Part shown: in pieces, positions 38,770-57,302 of the stretch | How the letters are laid out: every line of letters begins with the position of its first letter | Numbering within the stretch: position 1 is the stretch's first letter | The notes under the pieces: generated by a model | The model's input: the letters and a program-made list of their open reading frames with translations, nothing else | Databases searched by the model: none | What the model was told of the DNA's origin: nothing | Assembly (NCBI GenBank): GCA_009914755.4 | Contig: CP086569.2 | Coordinates: 18,080,001-18,144,000, forward strand | Reading direction: 5' to 3' | Origin: the human T2T-CHM13v2.0 reference genome, Homo sapiens | DNA length: 64,000 nucleotides | Translations under genes and position numbers: made by a program

Positions 38770-39072
38770 TGGGCATGGTGGCTCACACCTGTAATTCCAG
38801 CATTTTAGGAGGCAGAGGCGGGCAGATCACAAGGTCAGGAGATCAAGACAATCCTAGCTAACATGGTGAAACCCCATCTCCACTAAACATACAAAAAAGT
38901 AGCTGGGTGTGGAGGCAGGCACCTGTAGACCCAGCTATTCAGGAGGCTGAAGCAGGAGAATGGCATGAACCTGGGAGGCAGAGCTTTCAGTGAGCTGAGA
39001 TCACACCACTGCACTCCAGCCTGGGAGACAGAGTGAGACTCCATCTCAAAATAATAATAATAAAATAAAAAC
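38770..39072 (+). mobile_element. Alu SINE (AluS/Y-like)
   Basis: ctgggcatggtggctcacacctgtaattccagcattttaggaggcagaggcgggcagatcacaaggtcaggagatcaagacaatcctagctaacatggtgaaaccccatctccactaaa...cactccagcctgggagacagagtgagactccatctcaaaataataat. Confidence 0.9.
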
Positions 39073-40294
39073 AGCAATAGATTGGATTTGGTACTATTTT
39101 GAATGATTAAAAATTATATGTAATTGTAAAAAAATTAAAAACCCATGTAAATTAAAGCACATAAAAATATCACATTATAAATAAATTTTTCATATTTCTA
39201 AAAGTTGGGTTTTGCTTAAGTATCTAAATATCTAATAAAAAGTAAGAGATCATAAAATTATAATTAATAAATACTAAATTTTGAGAGTGGAGCCAAGATG
39301 GCTGAATAGGAACAGCTCCAGTCTACAGCTCCCAGTGCGAGCAATGCAGAAGACTGGTGATTTCTGCATTTCCAACTGAGGCACCTGGTTCATCTCACTG
39401 GGGAGCATCATAAAGTGGGTGCAGGACACCGAGCATGAGCAGAAGCAGGGCAAGGCCTCATCTCACCTGGAAAGCACATGGGGTCAGGGAATACCCTTTC
39501 CTAGTCAAAGAAAGGGGTGATGGACAGCACCTAGAAAATCACATCACTCCCACCCTAATACTGCATTTTTCCAACAGCCTTAGCAAATGACACACCAGGA
39601 GATTATATCCCACACATGGCTCAGAGGGTCCTATGCCCACGGAGCCTCACTCATTGCTAGCACAGCAGTCTGAGATCAAACTGCAAGGCAGCAGCAAGGC
39701 TGGGGGAGGGACGCCTGCCATTGCTGAGGCTTGAGTAGGTAAACAAAGAAGCCAGGAAGCTCGAACTGGATGGAGCCCACTGCAGCTGAAGGAGGCCTGC
39801 CTGTCTCTGTAGACTCCATTTCTGGGGGCACAGCTTAGCCAAACAAAAGGTAGCAGAATCCACTGCAGACTTAAATATCCCTATCTGACAGGTTTTAAGA
39901 GAGTAGTAGTTCTCCCAACACATAGCTGGAGATCTGAGAACGGACAGACTGCCTCCTCAAGTAGGTGGCTGACCCCCGAGTAGCCTAACTGGGAGGCACC
40001 CCCAAGCAGGGGCAGACTGACACTTCAAACAGCAGGGTACTCCTCTGAGACAAAACTTCCAGAGGAACAATCAGACAGCAACATTTGCTGCTCACCATCA
40101 TCTGCTGTTCCACAGCCTCCACTGCTGATACCCAGGCAAACAGGGTCTGGAGTAGACCTCCAACAAACACCAACAGACCTGCAGCTGAGGGTCCTGACTG
40201 TTATAAGGAAAACTAACAAACAGAAAGACATCCACATCAAAACCCCATCTGTCTGTCACCATCATCAAAGACCAAAGGTAGATAAAACCACAAA

Positions 40295-41313
40295 GATGGG
40301 GGAAAAAAACAGAGCAGAAAAACTGGAAACTCTAAAAATCAGAGCAACTCTCCTCCTCCAAAGGAATGCAGCTCCTCACCAGCAAAGGAACAAAGCTGGA
40401 TGGAGAATTACTTAGACAAGTTGAGAGAAGAAGGCTTCAGACAATCAAACTACTCCAAGCTAAAGGAAGAACTTCAAACCCATGGCAAAGAAGTTAAAAA
40501 CCTTGAAAAACACATTAGACAAAGGGCTAACAAGAATAACCAATGCAGAGAAGTCCTTAAAGGACCTGAAGGAGCTGAAAACCAAGGCACAAGAACTACA
40601 TGACGAATGCACAAGCCTCAGTAGCTGATTTGATCAACTGGAAGAAAGGGTATCATTGATGGAAGATCAAATGAATGAAATAAAGCAAGAAGAGAAGTTT
40701 AGAGAAAAAAGAATAAAAATAAAGGAATAAAGCCTCCCAGAAATATGGGACTATGTGAAAAGACCAAATCTATGTCTGACTGGTGTACCTGAAAGTGACT
40801 AGGAGAATGGAACCAAGTTGGAAAACACTCTGCAGGATATTATCCAGGAGAACTTCCCCAATCTAGCAAGGCAGGCCAACATTCAAATTCAGGAAATACA
40901 GAGAATGCCACAAAGATACTGCTCGAGAAGAGCAATACCAAGACACGTAATTGTCAGATTCACTAAATTGAAATGAAGGAAAAAATGGCAAGGCAGCCAG
41001 AGAGAAAGGTCGGGTTACCCACAAAGGGAAGGTCATAACACTAACAGCTGGTCTCTCAGCAGTAATTCAACAAGCCAGAAGAGAGTGGGGGCCAATATTC
41101 AACATTCTTAAAAAAAAGAATTTTCAACCCAGAATTTCATATCCAGCCAAACTAAGCTTCATAAGTGAAGGAGAAATAACATCCTTTACAGACAAGCAAA
41201 TGCTGAGAGATTTTGTCATCACCAGGCCTGCTATAAAGGAGTTCCTGAAGAAAGCACTGATCATGCAAAGGAACAACCGGTACCAGCCACTGCAAAAATA
41301 CACCAAATTGTAA
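40295..41313 (+). pseudogene. L1 ORF1 remnant (inactive)
   Basis: atgggggaaaaaaacagagcagaaaaactggaaactctaaaaatcagagc... (MGKKQ-). ORF 40400-40603 is MENYLDKLREEGFRQSNYSKLKEEL... In-frame stops are present (agtagctga, gtgactag). Confidence 0.85.
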
Positions 41314-41376
41314 AGACTATTGAGGCTAGGAGGAAACTGCATCCACTAATGTGCAAAATAATCAGCTAACATCATA

Positions 41377-45156
<3,780 letters not shown>

Positions 45157-45370
45157 TCAATGAGAACACATGGACACAGGAAGGGGAACATCACACACCC
45201 GGTCCTGTTGTGGGGTCGGGGGAGGGGAAAGAGATAGCATTAGGAGATATACCTAATGTTAAATGATGAGTTAATGGGTGCAGCACACCAAGATGGCACA
45301 TGTATACATATGTAACTAACCTGCACATTGTGCACGTGTACCCTAAAACTTAAAGTATAATTTAAAAAAA

Positions 45371-46250
45371 AGAAAAAATCAAACAACCTCATCAAAAAGT
45401 GGGTGAAGGATATGAACAGACACTTCTCAAAAGAAGACATTTATGCAGCCAACAGACGAATGAAAGAATGCGCATCATCAATGGCCATCAGAGAAATGCA
45501 AATCAGAACCACAATGAGATACCATCTTACACCAGTTAGAATGGCAATCATTAAAAAGTCAGGAAACAACAGGTGCTGGAGAGGATGTGGAGAAATAGGG
45601 ACACTTTTACACTGTTGGTGGGACTGTAAACTAGTACAACCATTGCGGAAGACAGTGTGGCGATACCTCAAGGATCTAGAACTAGAAATACCATTTGACC
45701 CAGCAATCCCATTACTGGGTATATACCCAAATGATTATAAATCATGCTGCTATAAGGACACATTCACACGTATGTTTATTGCGGCACTATTCACAAGAGC
45801 AAAGTCTTGGAACCAACCCAAATGTCCATCAACGATAGACTGGATTAAGCAAATGGGGCACATATACACCATGGAACACTATGCAGCCATGAGAAAGGAT
45901 GAGTGCATGTCCTTTCTAGGGACATGGATGAAGCTGGAAACCATCATTCTGAGCAAACTATCACAAGGACAGAAAACCAAACACCGCATGTTCTCACTCA
46001 CAGGTGGGAATTGAACAATCAAAACACTTGGACACAGGGTGGGGAACATCACACACCAGGGCTTCTTGTAGGGTCAGGGGAGGAGGGAGAGCATTAGGAG
46101 ATATACCTAATGTAAATGAGGAGTTAATGGGTGCAGCACACCAACATGGCACATATATACATATGTAACAAACCTGCACATTGTGCACTTGTACCCTAGA
46201 AGTTAAAGTATAATTAAAAAAAAAGAAAAAATAAATAAATAAATAAAAAC
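45371..46250 (+). mobile_element. Second L1 3' fragment (ORF2 C-terminal 203 codons intact, 3' UTR, A-rich tail), immediately downstream of the first L1 tail
   Basis: ORF 45403-46014 is [79 protein letters not shown]...SLTGGN. The 3' UTR reads gtaccctagaagttaaagtataattaaaaaaaaag. It is about 10% diverged from the upstream copy. Confidence 0.9.
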
Positions 46251-46699
46251 TGAATTTTATGAAGTTATTTAAATAAAATTGGAGCTTTCAAATTATGTTT
46301 TATACATGAACTTTAGTCTAAAATTTAATATTTTAACATTCACTTGGTAGCTAAAATGAGGAATTATGATCACAATTTCTATGTAATATCCATGTAATAT
46401 ATAGAACTCCATATATATGTATATGGAACACAGGTATACATGTACACATATATGTGTATACGTGTTCTATATATTTCTATTTTTCACATATATAGAACAC
46501 ATATCTATATTTCTGAACATATTATACACAAATATCCATCTATGTTTATACCTGCAATATAATTTTTTAATATTGCAACATGTTTCTCAGTGACCTTGTG
46601 CAGCTTTTTGGAGACAACATGCTAATTTGTGAGTACATCTAGAACCACAATATAGAAAACAAAGAGAAGCAAGTAAAATTTACTGGGTGGTGCTGGGAA

Positions 46700-46717
46700 A
46701 TATTTTGTTTTGTTTTG

Positions 46718-46745
<28 letters not shown>
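46700..46745. repeat. (GTTTT)n simple repeat
   Basis: ttgttttgttttgttttgttttgttttgttttgtttt. Confidence 0.9.
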
Positions 46746-46748
<3 letters not shown>

Positions 46749-47032
46749 GAGGTGGAATCTTGCTCTGTCACCCAGGCTGGAGTGCAGTGGGTGCAATCTT
46801 GGCTTACTGCAACCTCCACATCCCGAGTTTAAGTGATTCTCTTGCTTAGCCTCCCAAGTAGCTGGGATTACAGGTGTGCACCACCACTCCTGGCTAATTT
46901 TTGTATTTTTGGTAGACACAAAGTTTCATCATGTTGTCCAGTCTAGTCTCAAACTCCTGACTTCAAGTGATCTGCCTGCTTTGGCCTCCCAACGTACTGG
47001 GATTATAGACATGAACCACTGCACCTGGCTTG
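46745..47032 (-). mobile_element. Alu SINE (minus)
   Basis: ttttttgaggtggaatcttgctctgtcacccaggctggagtgcagtgggtgcaatcttggcttactgcaacctcc...gtactgggattatagacatgaaccactgcacctggc. Confidence 0.9.
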
Positions 47033-47838
47033 AAATAATACTTTTTATTCAACCATCCCCTGCATATGAGGTTTCTAGGTTTTTCTAGAAAGTGAGTGAT
47101 TGCTTAACAGTCTAGGTGGTCAAACCTAGGATATTATGTGGATGCTTATATAAATATTTATAATGTAACTACTTTTCAAGAGAAATGTCATTCTTAGCCA
47201 GAGCTTACATTATAGAATTCTATTCTGCATTTTCACTCTGAGATCAAGTGTTTGACAAATAAGCACTTTTTTTTTTTTTGCCATTCACCTAAACATCTCT
47301 GCAACTCAGATCTTTCCACATACCAAAGCAGTAAAGCAATGTCCATCTCAGAAATGCCTAAGATAAAACACACAGATCTTAGGAGCATTGAAACAAGTCA
47401 CCTCTGGTTTCAGGAACGTTTGTTGGTCAAGACTTGGAAACGTTTTTGGAGACATGAAAGGTGTTAGTCATGAGAACATATGCTCAGGGCTGCAGTTACA
47501 CGATATTTGAGTTGAGCCCTGGCTCCCAAGTGACAGATTCCTGTTGTCCATCATTAATCCCATATGCATTTAATTGTTGACTTGTGTTTGTGATTCACAG
47601 TGTGTTCTAAGGCATGGGCCCTGGGTTAGGGACATTTTCTGTGCAGGTGTATGAACCATATTGCATTATGGGTTTTGGGATTTAGAAGCATAAACCATAG
47701 TTTAAAATATTCTTTTAAAAAATGTATTGATATATAATATTTGTACACATTTATGAGATAAGTGTCATATTTTGTTACATGCATAGAATTGTGTTAATGA
47801 TTAAGTCAAGATATTTAGAATATCTTTAAGCTCTGTAA

Positions 47839-48166
<328 letters not shown>

Positions 48167-49779
48167 CATTTTTAAAAATAGTATCTAAAATAAGGTAGGC
48201 TTTCCCTCTTAGAATTGCTCTGAGAAATAAGATAAGTACACCTTCCTAGTCTCTGAGGAATAAAAGATGACTTCACAGGAAAGATGTGACTTCAACTAAA
48301 TCTTAGAGATTAAGATTATCAGGGTTTGAAGCAAAGAAAATAGCACAAAGGAAACAGTGAGAAAAGTAGAACTTTAAATTCTGCAATGACTTTTAAGGAA
48401 ATATCCTAAAATGTGGAGAGGTATTTCTTGGCTAATTTGAGCACAGGGTCTCATACGCAGTTCCTGACATCTAGTAAGCATTCAGTGAATGCTTCCTACA
48501 ATCAGTTATTCAATCAATCAGTCAATCAATGCTTGAATAGATAACAGGCTTCAATTTAATCTCCCCAGTAAACCTGTGGTCATATGAGCAACTGAAGGAG
48601 GGAAATATGTTCACATGCATATTTTAGGTGTCCAATTTTGGTTTAGGGGTCTGGAAAGAGATTGCATTTAATGAAAGCTCTTTTTCAGTGTTTGGGAGCT
48701 GGAGAGGAAAGAGCAAATAGTAAGGAGATTTAGGGACATCTAATATCCTAGTACTTCCATTACGAAGAACCAGAAATTGGGAAGTTTAAAACAGCAGAAA
48801 TGTGTGGTCTTGCAATTCTGGAAGCCACAATTCCAAAATTCTGGGGAGAGGTCCATTTCTGGATTTAGCATTCAGCAGCACAAAATAAGAAAGATGGTAA
48901 AGATTAACATATATTGGGAATAATGTTGCTTGTGCAGGCAACAATGGTATAAGTTGCCAGCAGTTCTTTATTTAATGGTACAAGTTGCCTTAGACATGCA
49001 AGAATAAAAGGAAATTACCATGCCCCATTGGGAAGATGAAATCCGTTGACTTCCAATTTTATAAAAAGATGTTGCCAGGGTTGGTTCCATCTGGAGGTTC
49101 TGAGGAAGGAATCCTTCTTAGATTCCCTCCTAGCTTTGTGGTAGCCAGCAATCTGTGGCATTCCCTGCCTTGAGTGTGGGTCACTCCAATCTCTAACTCT
49201 TCATCACGTGGTGTTATGTCTATGGATCTCTGTTTTCACATTGCAGTCTACTCACTGGAACATTGGTCATATTGGATTTAAAATCTACCCTATTCCAATA
49301 TGACCTCATCCTAAACTAATTGCATCTGTAATGACCCTATTTTCAAATAAGGTCACATATTGAAGTACTAGGAGTCAGTACTTCAACATATTTTGGTAAG
49401 TGGGGAATACAATTTGATCCTTGAAAAGGAGGATACAATCCACATATCTTGGTAAATAACATGGCATGAAAAATGTCAATTTGTGGAAAATTATAAATAG
49501 TGCCCAGGTCTCTAAGTGGCCATGTAGATGAATTCGATATTAATGGAAATAGAGATCATCAGAGAAACCATATGTGTGGCATCCACTGGGTTTAGGAAGC
49601 CTAGAATCCTTTAAGAACCATTAGCAACAGGGAGTTGAACTTAGAAGATGCCAAAGCTCTTTGTGATCCACTTAATATAATTGTCTTATTTCTTCAATCA
49701 AGCAATTATTGCACTGTGCAAGTGCACAAAGAGAAAATGGTGTTACCTTATGTACTAATATGAAAAAGTGTCCAAGATT

Positions 49780-49985
49780 TATTGATGTATGACAAATGTA
49801 TGGTACATAATACATTATACATAAAGTGCATTGTACATTCAAATGCAATGTACACAATGGATTGTGCATACAAGACATTCTACATACAAATGCATTGTAC
49901 ATCATGCATTGTACATACATACAATGATACATATGGTACATTCACATATATGCAAAATAATAATGTAAGTGGAATATGAATATAT
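49780..49985 (+). repeat. Degenerate minisatellite, about 20 imperfect units of (t)gcattgtacat(a/t)ca
   Basis: aatgtatggtacataatacattatacataaagtgcattgtacattcaaatgcaatgtacacaatggattgtgcatacaagacattctacatacaaatgcattgtacatcatgcattgtacatacatacaatgatacatatggtacattcac. Confidence 0.7.
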
Positions 49986-51896
49986 ACTTTTGTTTTATAT
50001 TTATACAATATCTTGGTGTGGGAAAAATAGGTGTTGGAAACTTTGACAGGAGAAGTGGGAGGAGTACTGAATATCATTTTGAGCCTCAGAACTTGGTACT
50101 GTTTTATAGCTTTCATTATGTTTAATTAACAGTTGGCTTGAAATAACTATTGACCCTGTATGTGTTTTGTTGAAATACTACTGAATCATCACCCTGAGGC
50201 TATGTGCATGTCGTTGCACCATGATTTGTAGAAAGAAGCTGAGATTGAATAATTCTGTGGCTGCATGAGTGGAGAACACCTTCCCTATCCTGACATACAC
50301 TCTTTAAGCCTGTGAAGCTCACTTAAAGTCTAAACTTACAGCACCATAATGTCTCAAATAAAAGGTGAAGTAACAGGTGCATTTTTGGATTTAGAATCCA
50401 GCAGTGAAAAGTAATGAAAACAGTAAAGATAAAAATACATTAAAATGTAATATTGCTTGTGCATGCAACAACATGCAAGTTGCCAGTAGTTCTTTCCTAA
50501 CTTCTTTATTTAATGATCCAAGTTGTCCTGGATATGCAAGAGGGGAAGGAGATAACCATGACCCTTTGGGAAGCAGAGATCCCATGCCTTACACTTGTAC
50601 ATTACACTGGTTTACAGCCAGGACTGTCTGTGTCATACTGGGCTTTGAACAAATCATTTATCTCTGAAGTTCCTCCCTTTGCACAGGTCCATCATTGGAT
50701 GGAGTAAGTTTTACCACACAGCCAAGGCTCTGCTGTCTTGCCTCCCTCTGTCTTCCCTCTGGAAGACCACTTTATGTTAAATGAAATGGAAGATATTTGC
50801 TAAATTCCCAAGCAAATGTACAGTTGAAATGTGAAGGTGAAAGCAGCAAAATAGGACTTTAAATATGAACTCTGCACCTTCACTCTCATGAGTGGAGAGA
50901 AGGATGGGAGAAATAATTTGAATTCAGGTTGGTGAATTGGTGCTACATTAAATTATAATTCTGTAAAATGCCTACATTTTAAAACACTGTTGACTTCAGT
51001 AATGTTCTTCCACCATCAGAGACTTATGTTCCTAAAGTTAGGGTTTCTCACTGTGATTTTAATATTAATGTGTACTTAAAATATGCAGTTTTACATAGTA
51101 GGAAAATAAGGCACATTAAAGATTTATACCATATTAATAGGATCATAGCCAAATTCCCCCACTCACTCATTGATATGAATTACAGCTTCACGTGAAGTTT
51201 CAGAGTTATACACAATATGAACTGAACTACTTCAAAATGGTGACTGTTACTCCAATTGGAAGGCAAAGGGGTGAGAGGACATTGCAAAGATGTAAAAAAA
51301 AAAAAAAGTAGGGTACATTTCAAATCCAAGTGAAAATTAAGGTTATACATGTTAACAAGTTTCCATTGGAATTTAGAGATAACTCCTTGGCTCTCCAAAA
51401 CACAAATTAGATAAATTGCCAGTTCTCCTGGCATTCATATCATGATCTAGTTTGTAAGTCATCATTTTAAATCCATTTTGACCCTGTTTTATTGCTTTCA
51501 TTAAATAAATCTCAAAATTAATCCAAAAGGCAAACTAATAAAACAAACTCACATAAACCAACATGCAGAATAAACAAGTGTGAGTAGATTTATTCTCTTA
51601 TCTTCACATTTGTATGTGTTTTGTGATTGCTGTAGTTAATATTAATTCATTTAAGCCCCCTTAGTTTTCAGTCCTGGTCTTCCATTTCCTTCATATTCAA
51701 AGGCAGCTACTTTGGTGAGATTGGTATTCATCATTCCCATTGTCATCTCTTTATAATTTTAATTAAAAAATGTATATCAATTTGTACACTGTTACAATTA
51801 GCTCTATAAGGATTTGTTTATTTAATGTTTTTCAAGCTCTAACCACATTGATGAGTATTTTAAGAAGCCATTAATTGGTAAGATTATTATGTCCGG

Positions 51897-52195
51897 CCAG
51901 GTAGCATTGCTCACATCTGTAGCCTCAGTACTTTGGGAGGCTACTTTGGGAGGATCGCTTGAGCCCAGGAGTTTGAGACCAGCCAGGGCAGCATAACAAG
52001 ATCCTCCCTCTACAATTAATCAAAAAAAATTATCTGGGCATGGTGGCACAAGCCTGTGCTCCCAACCACATGAGAGGCTGAGGTGGGAGGACTGTTTGAA
52101 TCCAGGAGGTTGAGACTACAGTGAGCTATGATTGCACCGTTGTACTCCAGTCTGAGTGACACAGTGATACCATGTTTCAAAAACAAAAATAGTTA
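51897..52195 (+). mobile_element. Alu SINE (old, AluJ-like)
   Basis: ggccaggtagcattgctcacatctgtagcctcagtactttgggaggctactttgggaggatcgcttgagcccaggagtttgagaccagcc...cagtgagctatgattgcaccgttgtactccagtctgagtgacacagtgatacc. Confidence 0.85.
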
Positions 52196-52242
52196 AAGAT
52201 TCCCACCAAAAATAATTTAGAAATGATAATTTTAAAAATTAA

Positions 52243-52500
<258 letters not shown>

Positions 52501-52770
52501 ATATTGGCCACAGGCCAAAGAACACCTATGGCTACCAGAATCTAGAAAGCCAAAGAAAAATCCTTCCCTAGACGCTCAGCGGAGAGCATGATGTCTAGTG
52601 ATGTGTTGATTTTATACTTCTGGTCTCCAGAATCATAAAAATAAAACCATAAAAATCCTTCTCTAGAGGCTCAGTGGAGAGCAAGGTGTCTGATAACACC
52701 TTGATTTTATAATTCAGGTCTCCAGAACCATTAAAAAAAAAATGTGGTGTTCTATACCACCCAGTTTGGA

Positions 52771-53129
<359 letters not shown>

Positions 53130-53547
53130 CTAATAACATTGATCTACATGTCTTCTTATGCATAGGGTAGAAACACCTCTAAGGAGGGAAGCTAGAGGTC
53201 CAACTTCTGAGCCAGAGCATATAAGTCATTGTTTTTCAACTTTAGTAAATAATCGTATATATCTCTCCCTATTGCTTGTAGCAATGGTTATTTCAAAAAA
53301 AAAACAAAAAACAAAAAAAGGACGGAATCACTATTCTCATGTAATCTTACACTTCACAGAGTTAGACTTTACCTTTTTTTATTTCTTTATATACACATTT
53401 TTTAAATTTACAAATAACTATTTATTTATAATGTACAAAATGATATGTTGATATATGAATGCATTCTGAAATGGCTGAATCAAGCTTTTTAACACATCAG
53501 ACATCTCACCTACTTATCATTTTGTTGTAGCAAGAACTTTGTGTTTT

Positions 53548-53825
53548 GTTTTGTTTTTGAGACAGGGTCTTGCTCTGTCCTCCAGGCTGGAGTGCAGTGG
53601 CATCCTCATAACTTGCTGCAGCCTTGACCTCCAGGGTTCAAGTGATTCTTCCACCTCAGTCTCCTGAGTAGCTGGGAATGCAGGCATACACAACCACACG
53701 TGGATAATTTTGTTTATTTTTGGTAGAGTTATTGTCTTCCTATGTTTCCCAGGTTGAATTCAAGATTCTGAGCTCAAGCAATACTCTCACTTCATCTTCC
53801 CAAGAGGCATGAGCTATCATGACCA
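53548..53825 (-). mobile_element. Alu SINE (old, AluJ-like, diverged)
   Basis: tttgttttgtttttgagacagggtcttgctctgtcctccaggctggagtgcagtggcatcctcataacttgctgcagccttgacctccagggttcaagtgattcttccacctcagtctcctgagtagctgggaatgcaggcatacacaaccacacgtggataattttg... Confidence 0.8.
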
Positions 53826-53994
53826 TCGTGAGAACATTTAAAAATCTATTATTTTAGCAATTTTATGGTAGACGATACATTGTTATTAACTATAATCACC
53901 GTGAGTACAATAGAGCTCTTGAAATTATTCCTCTCATTTAACTAAAGTTTTGTGTCTTTTGACCAACCACTATTCTACTCTCTGCTTCTGAGTT

Positions 53995-54250
53995 CAACTG
54001 TTTTAGATTTCACATATAAGTGAGAACATGCAGTATTTATCTCTCTGTGCCTGGCTTATTTCACTTAGCATAACGTCCTCCAGGATCATCCATGTTGTAG
54101 TGAATGACAGAATTTCATTTATTAAGGCAGAATAGTATTCCATTGTGTTTAGGTACCACTTTTTCTTTTCCATTCCTCTATTGATAGACACTTAGTTTGA
54201 TTATCCTTCTTATCTATTGTAGACAGTGTTGTGATGCATATGGGAGTGTT
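53995..54250 (-). mobile_element. L1 fragment (antisense, old)
   Basis: tcacatataagtgagaacatgcagtatttatctctctgtgcctggcttatttcacttagcataacgtcctccaggatcatccatgttgtagtgaatgacagaatttcatttattaaggcagaatagtattccattgtgt. Confidence 0.8.
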
Positions 54251-54586
54251 GATTGAAATTCCTTTCGATGTATACTGAGTAGTGAGATTGAAGGATCATA
54301 TGGTAGTCCTATTTTTAAAGACTTTACATTTTGTTAATTATATGTATGTAATTATAGTATGTCTTTCTTTCATTAGAGAGATGCACAACATCTTTCCATA
54401 TGTTTATTGGATGTTTCAATGTCCTGTTAAGTAATTTGCTTATTCTCATTTATGTCCTATTATCATTTTGTCTAATGTTTTAAATTCTCTTTTAAAAACT
54501 ATTTACATATCACTGGTTTTATTCTTTTGCCTTTTATATCCATTGTAAATTTATTTGCACATTTCTTGTTTTCCAGATGTGTTTAG

Positions 54587-54933
<347 letters not shown>

Positions 54934-54936
54934 TTT

Positions 54937-55225
<289 letters not shown>

Positions 55226-57014
55226 GGCTGACCACAAGATTTTATTTCAAAATCCATTTTGCCATTCTTTACTTTAAGATTTGCACATTTTATCTTCTAT
55301 TATAAAAATTATTCAAGTCATACATTAAAATTTTTTTTCAAGTTTTAGTTACTTAATGTATATTTACTTTATTGTGGTATCACATTTGAGTAGCTGTTTT
55401 GTTTTCCATATGGAAACCAATTTCCCCACATTTATGGAAATTGCATAATTTCATCTTTTATTTATAACACCATGTCTCTATAATGCATATGCATATATCT
55501 CAATGACAGTCTGTGTATGCATCTCATTCTACGCTCTCAAATTTTTAATTATCTTTATATTCTTAAAATAATTTGCACTGTATCAATTTGCTAGAGCTTC
55601 ATAATAAATTTATTTATGATTACCTAGTCTAGTCCAAAGAAAAATTTGCATGATGAATTCTGTTTCCAAAGATGCCCCATTCTCCCAACCCATAAATTCT
55701 TTAGCAATGTTGCCTTCACATTAAATGCTGCAGTCTTTTCTTGAAACTGAGCTGGTTCTAGGCTCTGTTTTGATCAGTAAAATGTGATGAAAGTGAAACT
55801 ATGTCATTTCCTAAGATGGGATTCCAGAGATCTGCAGACCTCACCTTTGTTGCTGTGAACACTCCTTCTTGGAACTCAGCTGCCATTCTGTAAGGACGCT
55901 CAAGCTATCATTAGGATAGAGTCACACGGAGAAGAACCATAGCCTCTGACCAGCAGCCTCAGCTTTGCTGTCTACCACCAATCTCTCAGCTGGACACATG
56001 AGTGAAGTCTTTTTAAACCCTGTACCCCAGACAAGCCATCATTTGAAGCAGCTAAATAAATGCCCCAATGTAACCACCCAACGGGTTCACCTTGCCCTCT
56101 TACTAGACAGAGCCAATTTATCGACAGGGCAATTGCAGTGGAGAAAGAGTAATTCACACAGAGCTGGTTGTGTGGAAGACCAGAGTTTTAATATTACTCA
56201 TATCAGTCTCCCAGAGCATTCAGAGATTGAAGTTTTTAGGGATAATTGGGTGAGTAGGGGCTCAGGAAGAAGGGAGTGCTGATTGGTTGGGTTGGAGATA
56301 TAATCAAAGAGGGTCGAAGTAAGGTTTTCTTTCTGTCTTCTATTCCTGGGTGGGATTGCAGAACTGGTTGAATGAGATTACTGGTATGGGAGGTATCAGC
56401 TGGTAAATCCACTACAAGGTCTGCAAAATACCTTAAGTACTAATCTTAGGCTTTATAATAGTGATGTGCCCAGGAGCAATTTGGGGAGGTTCAGACACTT
56501 GAAGCCAGAGACTGCATGGCCCCTAAACTGTTATTTCTAATTTTGCAGCTAATCCTTAAGTACTGCAAAGGCAGATTGGTTCTCAGGCAAGGGAGGTTTT
56601 TGTTTGTTTGTTTGTTTTTTGTTTTTTGTTTTTATTTTTGGCGGGGGTGAAGGGGAAAGGAAAGAACTATGATCAATTTTGTGTGGGACTTACACTATAA
56701 ACTAAATTCCTTCTCAAAGTTAGTTCAGCCTATGCCTAGAAATGAGCATGGACAAGTTAAATGCTAGAAACAAGATGGAGTCAGTTAGGTCTTATCTCTT
56801 TCACTGTCATAATTTCCTCAGTTACAATTTTTGCAAAGGCAGTTTCAGCAACCATCATCATGAAAAGTAGAACCTCCTCCCCCACTGTAGCTGATCTCAA
56901 ACCCTGATCTATACAGGTTCATGAAGAAATAGAGTGGTTGTCTTCAGTCACTAATTTTTAGGCTCATGTATTACATACCAATTGGTAACTGAAACTATTC
57001 TATTTGATTTTTTT

Positions 57015-57302
<288 letters not shown>

